Shown: piece by piece, positions 13,951-27,351 of the stretch
Position numbering within the stretch: the stretch's first letter is position 1
How the letters are laid out: every line of letters starts with the position of its first letter
NCBI GenBank assembly: GCA_043228905.1
Contig: JBHGNT010000005.1
Location: forward strand, 7,502,001-7,566,000
Source of the DNA: Azolla caroliniana
Lineage: Eukaryota; Plantae; Polypodiophyta
Direction of reading: 5' to 3'
Length of the DNA: 64,000 bases
Position numbers and translations under genes: made by a program
Notes under the pieces: generated by a model
What the model was told of the DNA's origin: nothing
Seen by the model: only the letters and a program-made list of their open reading frames with translations
Database searches by the model: none

Positions 13951-14047
13951 AGCTTTGTTATATACACGATTTTGCTGAAGAGATGAGAGGAAATCGGTAA
14001 CAGAGATGATCCTCTACTTCCTGTTCTTACCTTTTAATTGTCCTCTC

Positions 14048-14105
14048 AACAGAACAGAACAGAACAGAACAAAACAAGGAAGAGGAATCAATCCCCCTTT
14101 TAAGT

Positions 14106-14135
<30 letters not shown>
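14048..14135. repeat. (ACAGA)n and (CTT)n microsatellites in the PLD 5' leader/promoter region
   Basis: Directly visible tandem repeats near 14048-14070 and 14105-14135. Confidence 0.85.
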
Positions 14136-14136
<1 letters not shown>

Positions 14137-15499
14137 GTAAAATCTTTATGTTTGTATTACAATTTATACAACAAAATGACAATTCAACACCTTGGGGCTG
14201 TCTCTTCTTTCTTCCTTCTTCTTTCGTCTTTCTTTCTTCTTCTTCTTCTTCCCCACGGTTTTGTGGGGCTATATGTCATGATGAATGGATTTTGGACGGT
14301 CACCCGGACAAAGTCGAGACTCTCGGGTCCACCCATTCGCTCTTGGGCATTTCAAGGCATATATGAGAGAGAGAGAGATTTACATCTTCTAAGACCAAAA
14401 TTGGCCCATGAGACAATTGGTTTACAACAAAAATGGGGTGAATTAGAATTAGAATTAGAATTTTTATCGTCCATAAATGGGGTGAGAGAGAGAGAGGGAA
14501 TAGTATATGTAGGAGTGGCGAAATATCTCTCCACGACCTAGTGGGTTTTCATCTTAGATGAACCAACGTATGTGCGGGTTAGCTTGGTTGCCCATGACGG
14601 GAAGCGCAAGTCATCACATTCTTATGAATCCATCACAAACTTATGTACTTTTCTTTTTCTCAAAAATATCGATGAGGGGTGTGGTGTAGGGTGACAAGTC
14701 AAACTATGTCACCATGATGTCATGAGAATTGGTATCAATGAATGGTATTGTATTCATCAAGAACAAATCAAGACCCTTTATTTGTGTAACCGTAGAAGAC
14801 GATGCATGTTGGAGCAATTCGTCAACATGCATGTTGCATGCATGGTGCGCCCATCGGGATTTGTAGCAATGGTGACTACATTGATTAACAAACCAAAAGA
14901 CACCAACCTAACAATTGGCCTACATCCACGGTAGTCTAGCCCAATTGGATTGGTCACCTAGCTCAATAATGAGATTGAGCATGGCCGTTGCCAAGTTAAA
15001 ATTGTGTCACATTTATTGAATTTGAAAATTACACTTGAATATTATTTCATGGGATCCACGTTGAACATAAATGTAGATTTTGTAACTTGTATATTCGGAT
15101 GTTAACTTGCCCTAACACATAAAGTATATGGGTTTGATGAATTCACTTGCCAAGATGTCCAATGGAAAGCTACTTCAACAAATGTGCAATAGTATTAGAA
15201 AGTTCATTGCAAATGATGTACCTTTATAGAATGACACTTATGATTTTATCCACAGAAAATACAATGGATTGGTGTGTTTGATTACTTGTATCCAATCTTT
15301 GATTCCATACGTATTTTTTCACATGGCAAATGAACTCCGTAATTAGATAATAGGACTATGGGTATTGATCTTCAACATATGGAATGACCTAAACTAAACG
15401 TAAAGTGCAAAAAACGTATTTATATATGGATTTTAAAATAAGACCTTTGTGTGTTGATCATATCAAATGACACACATCATTTGAGGGACCTTGAGTTAT

Positions 15500-17450
15500 T
15501 GAAACGTCCTTGCATCTAGCACCTCCCTAATTTTTGTGGGCTTGTTGCTTAAACCTTAATATGTATTCAAAACTCCGTAACAAAACTATATTAATCCTCT
15601 AATAATGACAATGTTTCTAACAATGGCACAAACCATGCCAAAGTTTCACTCTCAGTAAGGTTCTAATTATTCCAATTTGAGGTGCACCCTAAGAGTTGGG
15701 GCATTAGCATGATTGTCTACGTGTTTCTCAAACAATGTATGACATTATGTTTGCCAAAATGGTTGATAACATGTTACAAAAAGCAAACCTCTCGAATAGT
15801 GAGTGCAACACATTAATCATAGGCCTTGCAATGGTACAATTAATATAACTCAACAGAAATTTCGTTTGATAAGGAATGCCAAGAAGCTTGAAAGTACTCA
15901 ATGAAATGTAGTGGCTAGACACATTCAAGATAAAGGGAAACATCAATATGATCCATATACATACACAAAGACATTAAAATAAGGGAAGAAAATGGGAATT
16001 TAATCAACAATTTCTTGACACTTAGAGAAACCAAAAGTGTATGATAAGTTTCTTGAAAGTGCTATATTATTTTAGATACGGTCAAAGATAAGGAAAACCA
16101 TCACAATTTCATCACTCTCAAGGGAAACATAAAGGGGAAAATGTTTGAGAATTATGGTATTTTTATTTACGTGCATCGTTTTCGTGTACCTAACTGGATC
16201 ACGTCTATGGATCGATGGAGTTTTGCCTCCCCTCGATGTCGTTAGCTTAAAGTCCAAACTAGCCTATACCCTTTTGGTAGCAAACCGGGTGAAGGCGGTC
16301 GTCAAGCACCTTCGAACTAATAGCTTGCTTAGCTTTGTCCATTAGTGCTTTATCATGGTTACATTGCTTCCTGTTTGGTTTCTTCAAATCCCCTTTCCAT
16401 ATGGTTAGTTGAGGTCATTGTCCTTCGTTGTTGCCGTAATCTCCACAAACAATGGGCCAAGTGGCGGATACTTAAGATTACATAGTTATTGTAATAACTT
16501 ATATGCACAATCAACACAATAAATAGTAATGTTATCACTCTCTTTCATACACATCTTCCTTCTTTAGTCTTGGTTATGTGTGCACAAGGCTTGTGAATTT
16601 GGGCACACATAATGTAGAAAACCTTCAAAGAATCAAGACTTATGTATGAGAAAGGAAACACATGATTGATACCTACAACTACAATGTAGAAAGAGGGAGG
16701 GTGGGACTTAGAGACGAAAAGGGAAAACCTTGTGTCCTTTAAAGTGTGATAAGGACAAACAAAAAAAATCAATTTTGAAAAACAAGGGATTGACTTTATT
16801 GGATCCGTCAACCCAACCTAAAACGAAAAGCACTATATTAAGTCAACATTGATTAGTACATGAAGTGTGTTGATGCCAAATCTTGTGTGGAAAGAGACGT
16901 TGGAGCTTTTGCATAGTTTTGTCATGGAAGTGGAATTCTTGGTATTGAGCCTTCATGTTACAATACATGAAAGGTGGGAGGGCAGCTTCTTAGGCTCTAG
17001 ATCAAAAATGTTGGAGTGGCTAATCCATACCTTCCTATTGGACTTCATACATTGTTAAAAAGACCCCAACATAAGACATGCCACGATAATAAGATGAAAG
17101 ACTGACTTGGAAAGCATATGTAGGGAATTTATGTTTTTATAAGAGGCACACAAAGATTTTAAAGAGCTTTGAGGTGAAAGCATATATATTTTTGCACAAT
17201 GTAGCTTTATCTTCTTTCTATGGCCTTCTTTATGATGCATTGAATCCTTGACCTCTCTATTAGCAATGAATAACTCTCATTGAGCTATATCCCATTCATA
17301 TATTTTTGTAGCATGTTGTCTTCTTCGTTTGACCCTTCACATCGCCCAAATTCATGGCCTAGTGTGAAACTTATCTTTGTCACATTTACTCCCATTGACT
17401 ACACTACATCATGATGTCTTCCGTGAGAGAATTGTCTTTTCGTGAATGTA
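15500..17450 (-). mobile_element. Highly degraded LINE-like remnant
   Basis: The fragment FKLLGIPY (15728-15946) resembles the LINE RT C-terminal (F/Y)xYLG motif. Many stops; boundaries approximate. Confidence 0.35.
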
Positions 17451-18842
17451 TGCTTGTATAGTTTATATGTGGATGGGGCACTTAATTTAGGGTTGGCATT
17501 TTGTTGGTATTGTCAATCCTAAATTAAGTGCCCTTGGTTGTCAATTTGAAATGAGGAATCAAATGTGAGTCTCATATAACTATATGTTGATGGAGATATT
17601 CATGAAATGGCACACCCAAAATGTGTGTGAAATGAGAGTTCCACAATGTTGATTACAAACAGACATTGGCTGAAGGGAAAATATTTGTACAGTTAACTCG
17701 TGAAGTAGTCACATATGCTTCTTTGACCTGAGAAATAGAAAATAAATAACGACGAATAAGCAACGGTGTGTTCCAATGAGAAAATAGTTTCAAGTTTCAA
17801 TGTAGTTGTGACAAAACTTATATTTAATTTCTTTCTTTCATATTTGCATCATTCTATCAAATACAAATGAGAGGATATTTTTACAATGAAACAATGGTTT
17901 AAAGTGTTCCAAGAAACTCACAATAGTTCCTCCATAAAAGGTTAAGAAAATCAGAAAGGATAATAGATTCATCGTCATACTAATGCAACAATATCAACTT
18001 CACTAAGTCCTTCCCAAATGATTGTTCAGTGCAATTGAAACATGATCAACATATGATGAAATTGGTTCTTGTTCCATTGAAGCATCAAAATTTCATCCTC
18101 AAGAGGAGAAGACAAGGTGGGAGAGAGTCACCACAGCTCCAACACCCTCACGCGTTTCTTTTTATGTGTTGTACTCTTTATTTTCCTCTCTCTTCAAGCT
18201 CTCTTGTCTTTTGCTTTGGCATGCATGCATATGTGAACCATCATCCAACATCTTAGTTTCCATTTCAAATGTCATGATGTTTGCAACTTTGTTTCCATTT
18301 GAAACCTCATGATGTGTGGTTCCCCAAGCACAACTAAGTGTGAAGTTAAGACAAAGAAGTGTTGATCCATCTCCATGTCTCCAATATTCACCTTCACATT
18401 CAAGCATGCCCCCCTGCAACTCTTCTATGTCCCTTGTCTTTTTTCAAAACTTCTACCCACGGTTTATGTTAATTGGCTATTTTCATTTGTGGTAGAAGTT
18501 CGTGGTCATGGAAACATCGTTGATCAATGCCACCGCTAAGCCTTTAATATATCCTATTCAAACCAAACTTTTTATTGTTGGAAACTTGCATGTGCCCAAT
18601 GTGGCCTTATGTAGAGGCTGTCAACATAAACTTTCTCATTTTCGAATCTTTTAATTGTTAATCACATGGGCATGTGGGAGACCTACGATGATAAAGGTGG
18701 CATGGCATGGCCATTGATGATACACGCACCATGCCAAACCTCAAGGATATACCTCTACCACTCTTTTTATCTGATCTCTTCTCACCCTTTATAAAAGGAT
18801 TTATAAATTAGGTAATCTGGTTAATTTGATTAATGTTGTGGG

Positions 18843-19212
18843 TAACACTTGGCAACGGTTCGGTTCGAGAGGGTCAAAACTGAACCGTTTTTTGAAACTT
18901 GAACCAAATCGAACCACGAAATAGTTAAACCGTTTCATGGTTTGGTTTTGGTTTTCAACTCAAGTCAAAAATTATATTTTAAATTTAAAATATTTCATTA
19001 TTTTTATTTTTTTTAAAATTTAAAGATGTTCCTAAAATGTTAGAAGGTCTAAAAATGAAAACATTATTTAAAAACAATTTTTTAAAATGTTTTCAAAAAA
19101 ACCGTTAAGCCGCGGTTTCTAATTGTTGAAACCAAACTGAACCATTAAAAGAAAACTTGAACTGAACTGAACCGTTAAGCCGCGGTTCGCAGTTCGGTTG
19201 TGCCGATTGTTA
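18843..19212. mobile_element. hAT-type MITE (370 bp)
   Basis: Imperfect TIRs TAACACTTGGCA / TGCCGATTGTTA, an 8-bp TSD GTTGTGGG (18835-18842, 19213-19220), subterminal AACCG/CGGTT arrays and an AT-rich core. Confidence 0.88.
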
Positions 19213-20279
19213 GTTGTGGGATTTATAACTAAAATTGTCCTTTTAACCAATTCATCAATTTTATTTATACCTTCTTGCTTAATTCCTAAGTGATTTTTCT
19301 CTAAGGAAGAAACAATGAGGGAAGAATATAATGGAAATTTTCCTTAGCCATCAACGGAATACTTCAACAATTTGGCTCAACATGAAAGACGGCTTGGCAG
19401 ATCTCTCTGTGAGTGAAAATGCTTGTCTTACCATAGCACTTATAGAGACCTAACTTCATGTAGGCCTAACGCACCACTCACCATATGAAGTGGCTTAACA
19501 CATATCACCTCAAGAAGAACACACTTGTGTGACGTGTCTATGTGGAACCTCTTCCCGTGTAAAGCCAAGAGAATCAATAATCTCATGCCATTGGTTTCTT
19601 TCCATTAACACCTAGTACAAGTTAAAACTGCGAGATTAACTTAATTCCTCATTAGCCACCACGACATTTGAATTTATCTATGATAATGTCTCTCTATGAC
19701 CTAGCGAAGAGTGTTCAAGCTTTGACAAAAACAAGAAATTGGGGTTCACACTAAAATTTGTTGAGTGGCAAGTTTCGATCCAATATCTCTAGATCCCATA
19801 GATCATATGCCCTTACCACGAGAGAACTTGAAAGGTTCTCCCGAGAGGAGCATATCATGGGAACTTATCACTGCGACAAAACTCAAAGAGTTATCATTTG
19901 GGAGATAACATGATAGAACCCAAAGAGTTCTAGTGTGTAAACTCACCATGGAAGAACTCAATGACTTCTATCATGAGAAATCTCCACAATAGAATTTGTG
20001 TGAACACATGCATTGTTTTACCAACGTTGCTATTGTTATAGACCCATTATCATCTGCAACGAACAAGGAGGGCGATGACTGAATCTCCTCATTCCTAGCC
20101 CTCCACTCCAACCCAGGGCTCACACTAAAGGAACTCTTTATCTCTTCTTTCCCTTTTTGCCACTATCCATCGTGCACGCAAACATTTACGGAGGTGGGGG
20201 AGGGGATTTGATGTTCTTGAAATACCCCTAAATCAATTAATGCCTAAACTATACATCCTCCTCCATCTACAAAGCACAC

Positions 20280-20620
20280 AAAAAACATGTACATAGAGAA
20301 CACACACACAATATACACATATACTTTCACATTGATTTAATTAACTACACATTCACATTCACACATAACCTCACATCTATTCGTATATCATTTGCATGTA
20401 CATTTTCATACATACCGGCATGCATACTCAACAAATGCAAGCACCCACACACACCCACACACACACACAACATAGAACAACACACATCTAGACATTTAGT
20501 TAGCTAAATACATAGTTTAACATTTAGTTACACACAAACACAAATTTACACACATATACCCGTATAATTCCAAATTGATTTGCACTTCACACATTCTCTT
20601 TGATGCATATACACCATATT
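20280..20620. repeat. CA-rich low-complexity tract next to the insertion site of the outer LTR retrotransposon
   Basis: Multiple (CA)n and ACATT runs. Confidence 0.7.
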
Positions 20621-20651
20621 ATACGTGTGGAAAATCACATGCAACTATAAG

Positions 20652-21112
20652 TGTTACCCGGCCGGCAAAGACCAGGGTGTGAAAAGGGGAATTGTTATTT
20701 AGGTATCTGTTGAAATTACTAGTCTTAATATATAGATTAATATATGAGAAGATGTGGACGGACGGACCGGAATCGGTATACCGATCTGGATCCGGACCGA
20801 TCCCGATCCGGACCGATCCCGAAAAGGTGCCAGTTGGCACCATTTTGTACTTCGCACCGGTGACCTATATAAAGGCCGATTATAATGTAGTCATGAACGG
20901 AGAGTAATAAAAACCTTTTGTTTAATCATTGAGTATTGTTCACCATTCTGTGCTTATTGTATATCTTACGCGTGTTAATGATGTCTTGCTAAGTAACCAA
21001 TTAAGGTCCAATTAAGCGTTGTGTCATAAGTTATCTCGCCGTAACACCCTTTGGTGAAGTGTCTTAAGTGGACACCCTGTGTTAGGCTGTTGTCCGGCCC
21101 TAAGGATTAACA
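20652..21112 (+). repeat. 5' LTR of the outer element (461 bp)
   Basis: TG...CA termini, TATATAAA near 20866, near-identical to 30236-30610 plus 38486-38555. Confidence 0.95.
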
Positions 21113-21119
21113 TAGTTTT

Positions 21120-21131
21120 TGGCGACCGTGA
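21120..21131 (+). promoter_or_regulatory. Primer binding site TGGCGACCGTGA, probably tRNA-Arg type
   Basis: TGG-initiated motif 7 nt after the 5' LTR. The TGGCGAC start resembles Arg-primed OTA-group elements; the tRNA identity is not verified. Confidence 0.65.
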
Positions 21132-21167
21132 TTCCTGCACAATCGCAGTGAACATTGGCGGGAATGG

Positions 21168-24100
21168 ATGACTAGGCCAACGGACAACCCGATTACGGAG
21201 AGAGCAAGTCGACTTGCTGAACGGCGAAGGCGGCGAGAGGCTTTCCACCAAGAGGCAGAAGAAATCCGATCGGATTGATCATTTTCCAAAGTTATCCGGA
21301 AAGTGGCGGAGGAGTTGCTCCGTTTGCAACAAAACGCCTACTCGGACGAAGGAAGCAACTTAAGCAGTCTTCGGGAAGCGGAATCCCTTCTCCAGGCATT
21401 GGCCAGAGGAGCTGGTGAATCCGAAGCATTTTCGGCGTTGGAATCGGATTCGAAAGGGGGTTACAACGCGCACACGAACTATCGCAATAGTAACGACACC
21501 CCGGAAAGACCGGGGGACGAGGAGTCAGATACATTACCGACACCGGAACCAGAATTGTCAGACCAGGAACCTCCGAAACTAGACGTGGAGCAACCTCCGG
21601 AGACGAAAGAGGACAAAGAAAGACCTCCGACACTGGAAGTCGAGCCGGCAACACCAAAGGGGGACCGACAAAGACCTCCGACTCCGACAGAGGACCATCA
21701 ATGACCTCCGAAGCCGACGGAAGAGCAGGAAAGACCACCGACACCGCCAGCCCGCGCACCAACATCGGACGACGACATGCCATTCCAGTACCCCAAGTAT
21801 CGGGATGACCCGGATGCGGAGGCTCATGTTCACGCTTTTCAACAAACATGGGAGGCGAACCATGTGTCACAACGGTTAACTGCAGCCGAAGAGGAACGAT
21901 CTAAGATAGCCGAATTCGGCGTGACATTGGAAGGACCGGCCGCCAGATGGCACCAGACGTAGGACCCCAGCACCATCACCACCTTTGCGGACCTGAAAGC
22001 TAAATTCTTGCACTTCTTTCAAAAGGAGGTGGACCAGAGAGAAATGGTGGGCCTATTTTATACCATTCGGCAGGACCCTGGGGAGAGCATTCTGCAGTTT
22101 GTCATCCGGTTTCAACGGATGCACAGTCAGCTTACCCGAGCACCTCCGGAGGAAGAAACACGGGCTATATTCTTAGCCGCGCTCCGGGAACCTCTACGGA
22201 CGGTATGCACGGTCATCAACTTTCGCACAAGTACCGTCGACCAAGTCATCGACCGAGTTAGAGAAATGGAGAAAACAAGCTCTTGGCTAACAATGGGAGC
22301 ACTCCAACGAGCGTTACCAACCGATGAGGATCTCCGGTTTCGACAGGCCATTCAATGCACAACATGCCTAAATGCCGGACACTCAGCACTAGAATGTACC
22401 ATGCGGTCGCAAAGTCTACTATGCCATTCCAGGAACCACACAATGGAGCAGTGCGAGTACAATTTGTTGAATCGCCAAGCACCACTGGTTCGGCAAATCG
22501 AACCACGGAGTACCAAGGAGGAGGAAGAAGAACATTGGAGGCGAGAAGAGCGAGGCCGACCGACACAGGATGTCCAGTACAGGGACAACCCTGACCGGTA
22601 TGAGAGATATGATCGGTACCGGGATTACAATGGACAGTATGAAAGATACAATCGGGACCAATCCCTCGGTTACAACCAACGATGGGAAGCCTACGACAGA
22701 CATGATGAGCAACCCCGTCAAGAGTATCGGAACAAAAAGAAACGCTATTTCAAGAAAAGGGGTCACCTACGAGAACTAGAGAAGGGCGCCTCAAGCAGCC
22801 AACCGGATCAAAGCCTCGCCGTTACCACAGGTCCTCCACCGGGAGCAGGAAACAACGCCAAATCCAGCACCTCCCGGAAAGCATATTGCTACTATTGCCG
22901 ACAAGAAGGACATTATAGTAATCAATGCCCGGCAAAGAGCTATGATAAACGACCGACGGTGAATATGGTAGTCGCCGAAGTCGCAGACCTGCAACAGGTA
23001 ACCACAAGATCAAAGGGTAAGGCGACGGAATGGGAGGCGATAGAGGCCATCCGCAAATAGGCAACCGAATAGGTAAAAAAGGCGAATGCGCGAAACATGG
23101 CAAAGCTTGCGCAGCAAAAGGAAAATACCGAAGAGCTCGCCGACGGTAGTCAACCCGAAAATGCGACATGGCAGGCATTGCAGGAATGCCAAATCACGTT
23201 GCCATTAGGACGGCTCCTGCAGCTAGTGCCCAGATTCATAGAAGGACTCAAGACAGGCATGACGGCAGGAGAAACACCACCGGCTCCAACATTCTTCTCA
23301 AATCTGGAGGAGGGACCGACGCTAGTAGACACAAACAGTCCGGCGATTACAACCATCGTGAAGGGTAAGGAGTTACCCGGAACAATAATAGATGGAGGAT
23401 TCGGCGTCAATGTGATTAACCTCCGAACGTGCAAAACCTTGGGAATCCAAGAGTGGGAACCATGCCCGTTTTGGTTGCGGATGGCGGATACAAGCTCAGT
23501 GTGACCGACCGGCTTGATACGAGATTTGGATGTAACGATCGGCGGCCACACGTTTCGCATCTCGGCAGTAGTGCTACAACTACAGGCACAAGGAGCTTAC
23601 CCACTATTGTTGGGGCGGCCGTGGTTGAAAACGGCGCACATTAAACAAAACTGGAGGAAGAATATAATCACCTTCCGGCGGGGAAAAGCAAAAGTACGGC
23701 TACCGACACAACCACGGACGGGTACCGGGAAGGAATTGACACCTCTATATGCCGAATGCGTCAATATACTGGACGGATTAGCAGACGAAGAGGTAGATCA
23801 ATACTTGCAGGATAATCCGAAGATCGTACCTCTGTTCGAAATCGACGTAGCCGAAGCCGTATCACCATACATACTGCCACCGGACGGAGCCGACGAGGAA
23901 CCAAATAAAGAAGTGATCCGGGAGCTACGGCAAGCACAAGAGGCGCTGGAAAGAGAAATGGCCGTATCGCAACGAGTTCAAGCATCCCAACTAGAGGAGG
24001 TGAATCTAGGAACTACGAAAGAGGCGAGAGCGGTGCACATCGCCAAGGAAATGACTGCGGAGAACAAAACGACGATGATTACACTTCTCAAAGAATTTCG

Positions 24101-26979
24101 GGACGTGTTTGCCTGGTCTTACGAGGATATGCGAGGGCTCGATCCTCAGCTATATCAGCATCATATACATTTGAGCAAAGACGCCAAACCCGTAGCATAA
24201 CGACGGTACCGGATGAATCCAAATTACGCCGCCAAAGTCAAGGAGGAAATTGACAATTTGCTAAGGGTTGGCTTTATCAACCCAGTAAAGAAATCTACAT
24301 GGCTGAGCCCGATAGTAGTCGTACCAAAGAAAAACGGCAAAATTAGAGTTTGTGTCGACTACCGTAAGCTTAACACGACGACGGTAACAGATACATTCCC
24401 ACTCCCATTTACGGATGGAGTTTTGGACGCAGTCGCCGGCCATGAGGTATACAATTTCTTAGACGGATTCAGCGGATACAACCAGATCTGGATGCACCCC
24501 GATGACCAGGAGAAAACGGCTTTCGTCACCGAATGGGGAGTGTTTGTTGCCGTAGTAATGATGTTCGGACTAAAAACGGCGCTGACAACGTTCCACAGGA
24601 TCATCATGGAAATATTCGGAGAATTCATACCGGCATTCGTGCAGGTGTTTCTGGATGATTTCGCCGTCTATAGCCAGGAAGGAGATCACTTTCAGCACCT
24701 CTGGCTATGTCTAGGGAAATGTCAGGCTTACCGGCTAAGCTTGAATCCGGCAAAATGTGTATTCGGAGTGTCAAGAGGGGCGCTATTAGGACACATTAAG
24801 TAAAAGCAATCTTGGAGGCACCAGCACCAACAACGGCTAAGGCATTAAGCCGTTTCTTAGGCCAAATCCGGTGGCATAGCCGAATGCTCCGGTATCTGGC
24901 GGACCTGGCTACACCGCTGCATGTTGTGGTACACTGAACACCGTTCCAATGGACCGACACCGAAGACAAGGCGTACCGGGCACTCAAAGTACTATTATCA
25001 CAAGCGCCGGTAGTGCAACCCCCGGATTGGGCTAAGGAGTTTCATGTGTTTGTGGATGCATTTGACATTGCAATCGGAAATGCGCTGATGCAACTTACGG
25101 AGCCAAGGTGGTATCAGCCCGTATATTACGCAAGCCGAAAGTTATCCCAAGCAGAACGAAATTATTCCACCATGGAAAGGGAAGCTTTGGGCATGATCTA
25201 CAACGTGACAAAGTTCAGACATTATTTGTTGGGAAGGAAATTTTCCTTCCACGTAGATCATTCGGCACTCCTCTATTTAGTTTCCAAAGCGTCATTAACT
25301 AGTAAGTTGGCATGGTGGACGTTACTGTTGCAGGAATTTGAGTTCGAAATATTCCACCGACCCGACATACAACACACAGTAGCAGACTATTTGAGCCGGT
25401 TAGATTCCGGCGAGACTGGTGATGGAGTCTCGGACGAGTTTCCGGATGTTGAGCTATTTCGAGTCACTACGGAAACAACAACAGATGAAACGGTGGCACA
25501 AGAAGATAAGTGGCTGACAAATATGCAACAATTTCTGAGCACCGGATTGCCTCCGAACGAGATGAACCGGGACGAGAGGAAACACCTGGCGGTACAAAGC
25601 TGACACTCTGTTTAGTACGGGACACGCTATACCACAAAGGCGCGGACGGTATATGGCGACGGGCGGTGCGTATCGACGAGAAGGAGATAATACTACGAGA
25701 AGCACATTGCGGAGTCGTCGGAGGCCATTACGCCGGAGATGCTACAACAAGGAAGATATGGCAAAGTGGCCTATGGTGGCCGACAACATTGAAAGACGTG
25801 GTTCGGTACGCTAAAGAATGCGATCTATGTCAGCGAATGGGCCAGCCAACCGAACAAGCTAGGATGCCGCACCAACCGGTACTGCCGTTAGAACCATTTC
25901 AGAAATGGGGGCTGGACTTTGTGGGTCCATTCAAACCACTGACAATGAGAACCGGCAACCGGTATGTGATCGTAGCTACGGATTACTGCACGAAATGGGT
26001 AGAAGCCAAAGCCTTGCACGACAACACCGCGGCGTCGACGGAGAAATTCTTGTATGAATACATCTGGTGCAGGTATGGATGCCCGATCGAGCTAATAAGT
26101 GACCAAGGAGGGCACTTCCTCGGCCAAGTGGTGGAAAACTTGACGTCGTTCTATGCCGTGGTGCATAAACGGAGCATGCCATACTATCCGCAAGCAAACG
26201 GGTTAGCCGAGTCGACGAACAAAAAGCTACAGAATATCCTTCAGAAAATTGTCAACGAAAACCGGACAGACTGGGATACGAAATTGCACAACGCACTCTG
26301 GGCTTACCGGACAGCCTACAAAACAAGCATCCAAACCACACCGTTCCGGCTAGCATTCGGATTGGAGGCCGTCATGCCAGTAGAGTTCCAGGTCCTGAGC
26401 TTGCGGATTCAGATTAGGGAACGGTTAAACGAAAAGGAATCAGAGGCAATTCGGTTAGCAGCTCTATGTGAACTAGAAGAACACCGACTAGCAAGTATCA
26501 TGCACCTGGAATTGGGGCAGCGATGAAGAAAGGCGTTTGTGGATCGCCACCGAAAAGGAAATGAAAAGATGTTTGGAATTGGCAAGCCGGTACTAGTGTT
26601 CCAGACCCGGATGGGAAAGATGCTAAGGAAACTACGATTTCGGTGGACCGGACCGTACTGGATCACACGGGAGTTCAATGGATCCTACCAGTTAGGGACA
26701 CTTGCCGGCGAAGTCCTGGGTAAGTGGGTCAACAGATTTTGACTAAAGCCATACAAGGGACCCATGCCGAAGAACCCATTTGAACAAGGAAAGGCCGATG
26801 CCGAACCAGATATCGGAATACCGGAAACAATGGCAACCCGATTAGCAATTGGCAACAACGAAGCCGGTAAGGGGGACAAAGAACCGGCACACGGGTTGGA
26901 TAAGAGGACGACAAACCGTCACGAGGCCAGCAAGATTCCTCATTCGGGTAAGGGTCCGTTAGGACCGGAGACGAATTAA
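21168..26979 (+). pseudogene. gag-pol of the outer element, originally one ORF, now broken by nonsense codons, frameshifts and a deletion
   Basis: Fragments from 21168 to 24803 share one frame. Motifs: CCHC CYYCRQEGHYSNQC, protease IIDGG, RT FLDGFSGYNQI and FLDDF, RNase H FVDA...ERNYSTMEREAL, integrase HHCC/DDE and WTGPY. A short deletion near 24797 shifts the frame. Confidence 0.93.
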
Positions 26980-27351
26980 CCTAACAATTGATAATCAAAA
27001 AAAATAAAATAAAATAAATCAAATCAAATCAAAGAAATCATGCAAAGGAGTGGTGGGAACGGCCATGCAAACGAGGAGTAAAGAGGCACTTCGAAAAGGT
27101 ACGAGGAGGCTATGAATAGGGCATTAAAACACCACCACATGGCACGTAATGCTATTATAGTACACGACCTGCACATGCGTAGGCTCGAAAAAGGCGCCAA
27201 GATGCAGAGAGAAAACACTCCCCGCATCGAGACCTTCTTTCGCGAACCAAGGAGCACAGACGCACACAGGCGCTTGAAGATCATCAGAAGAGAGCCAACA
27301 CACACAGAGCTTCCTCACACAGAGCTTCCTCATACACAACCCTCACCGACG

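Noticed and set aside
13605-13967. ORF with an (HI/HL)n repeat suggesting a metal-binding protein
   Set aside because: Alternative frame of the PLD Pro/Tyr hexamer repeat.
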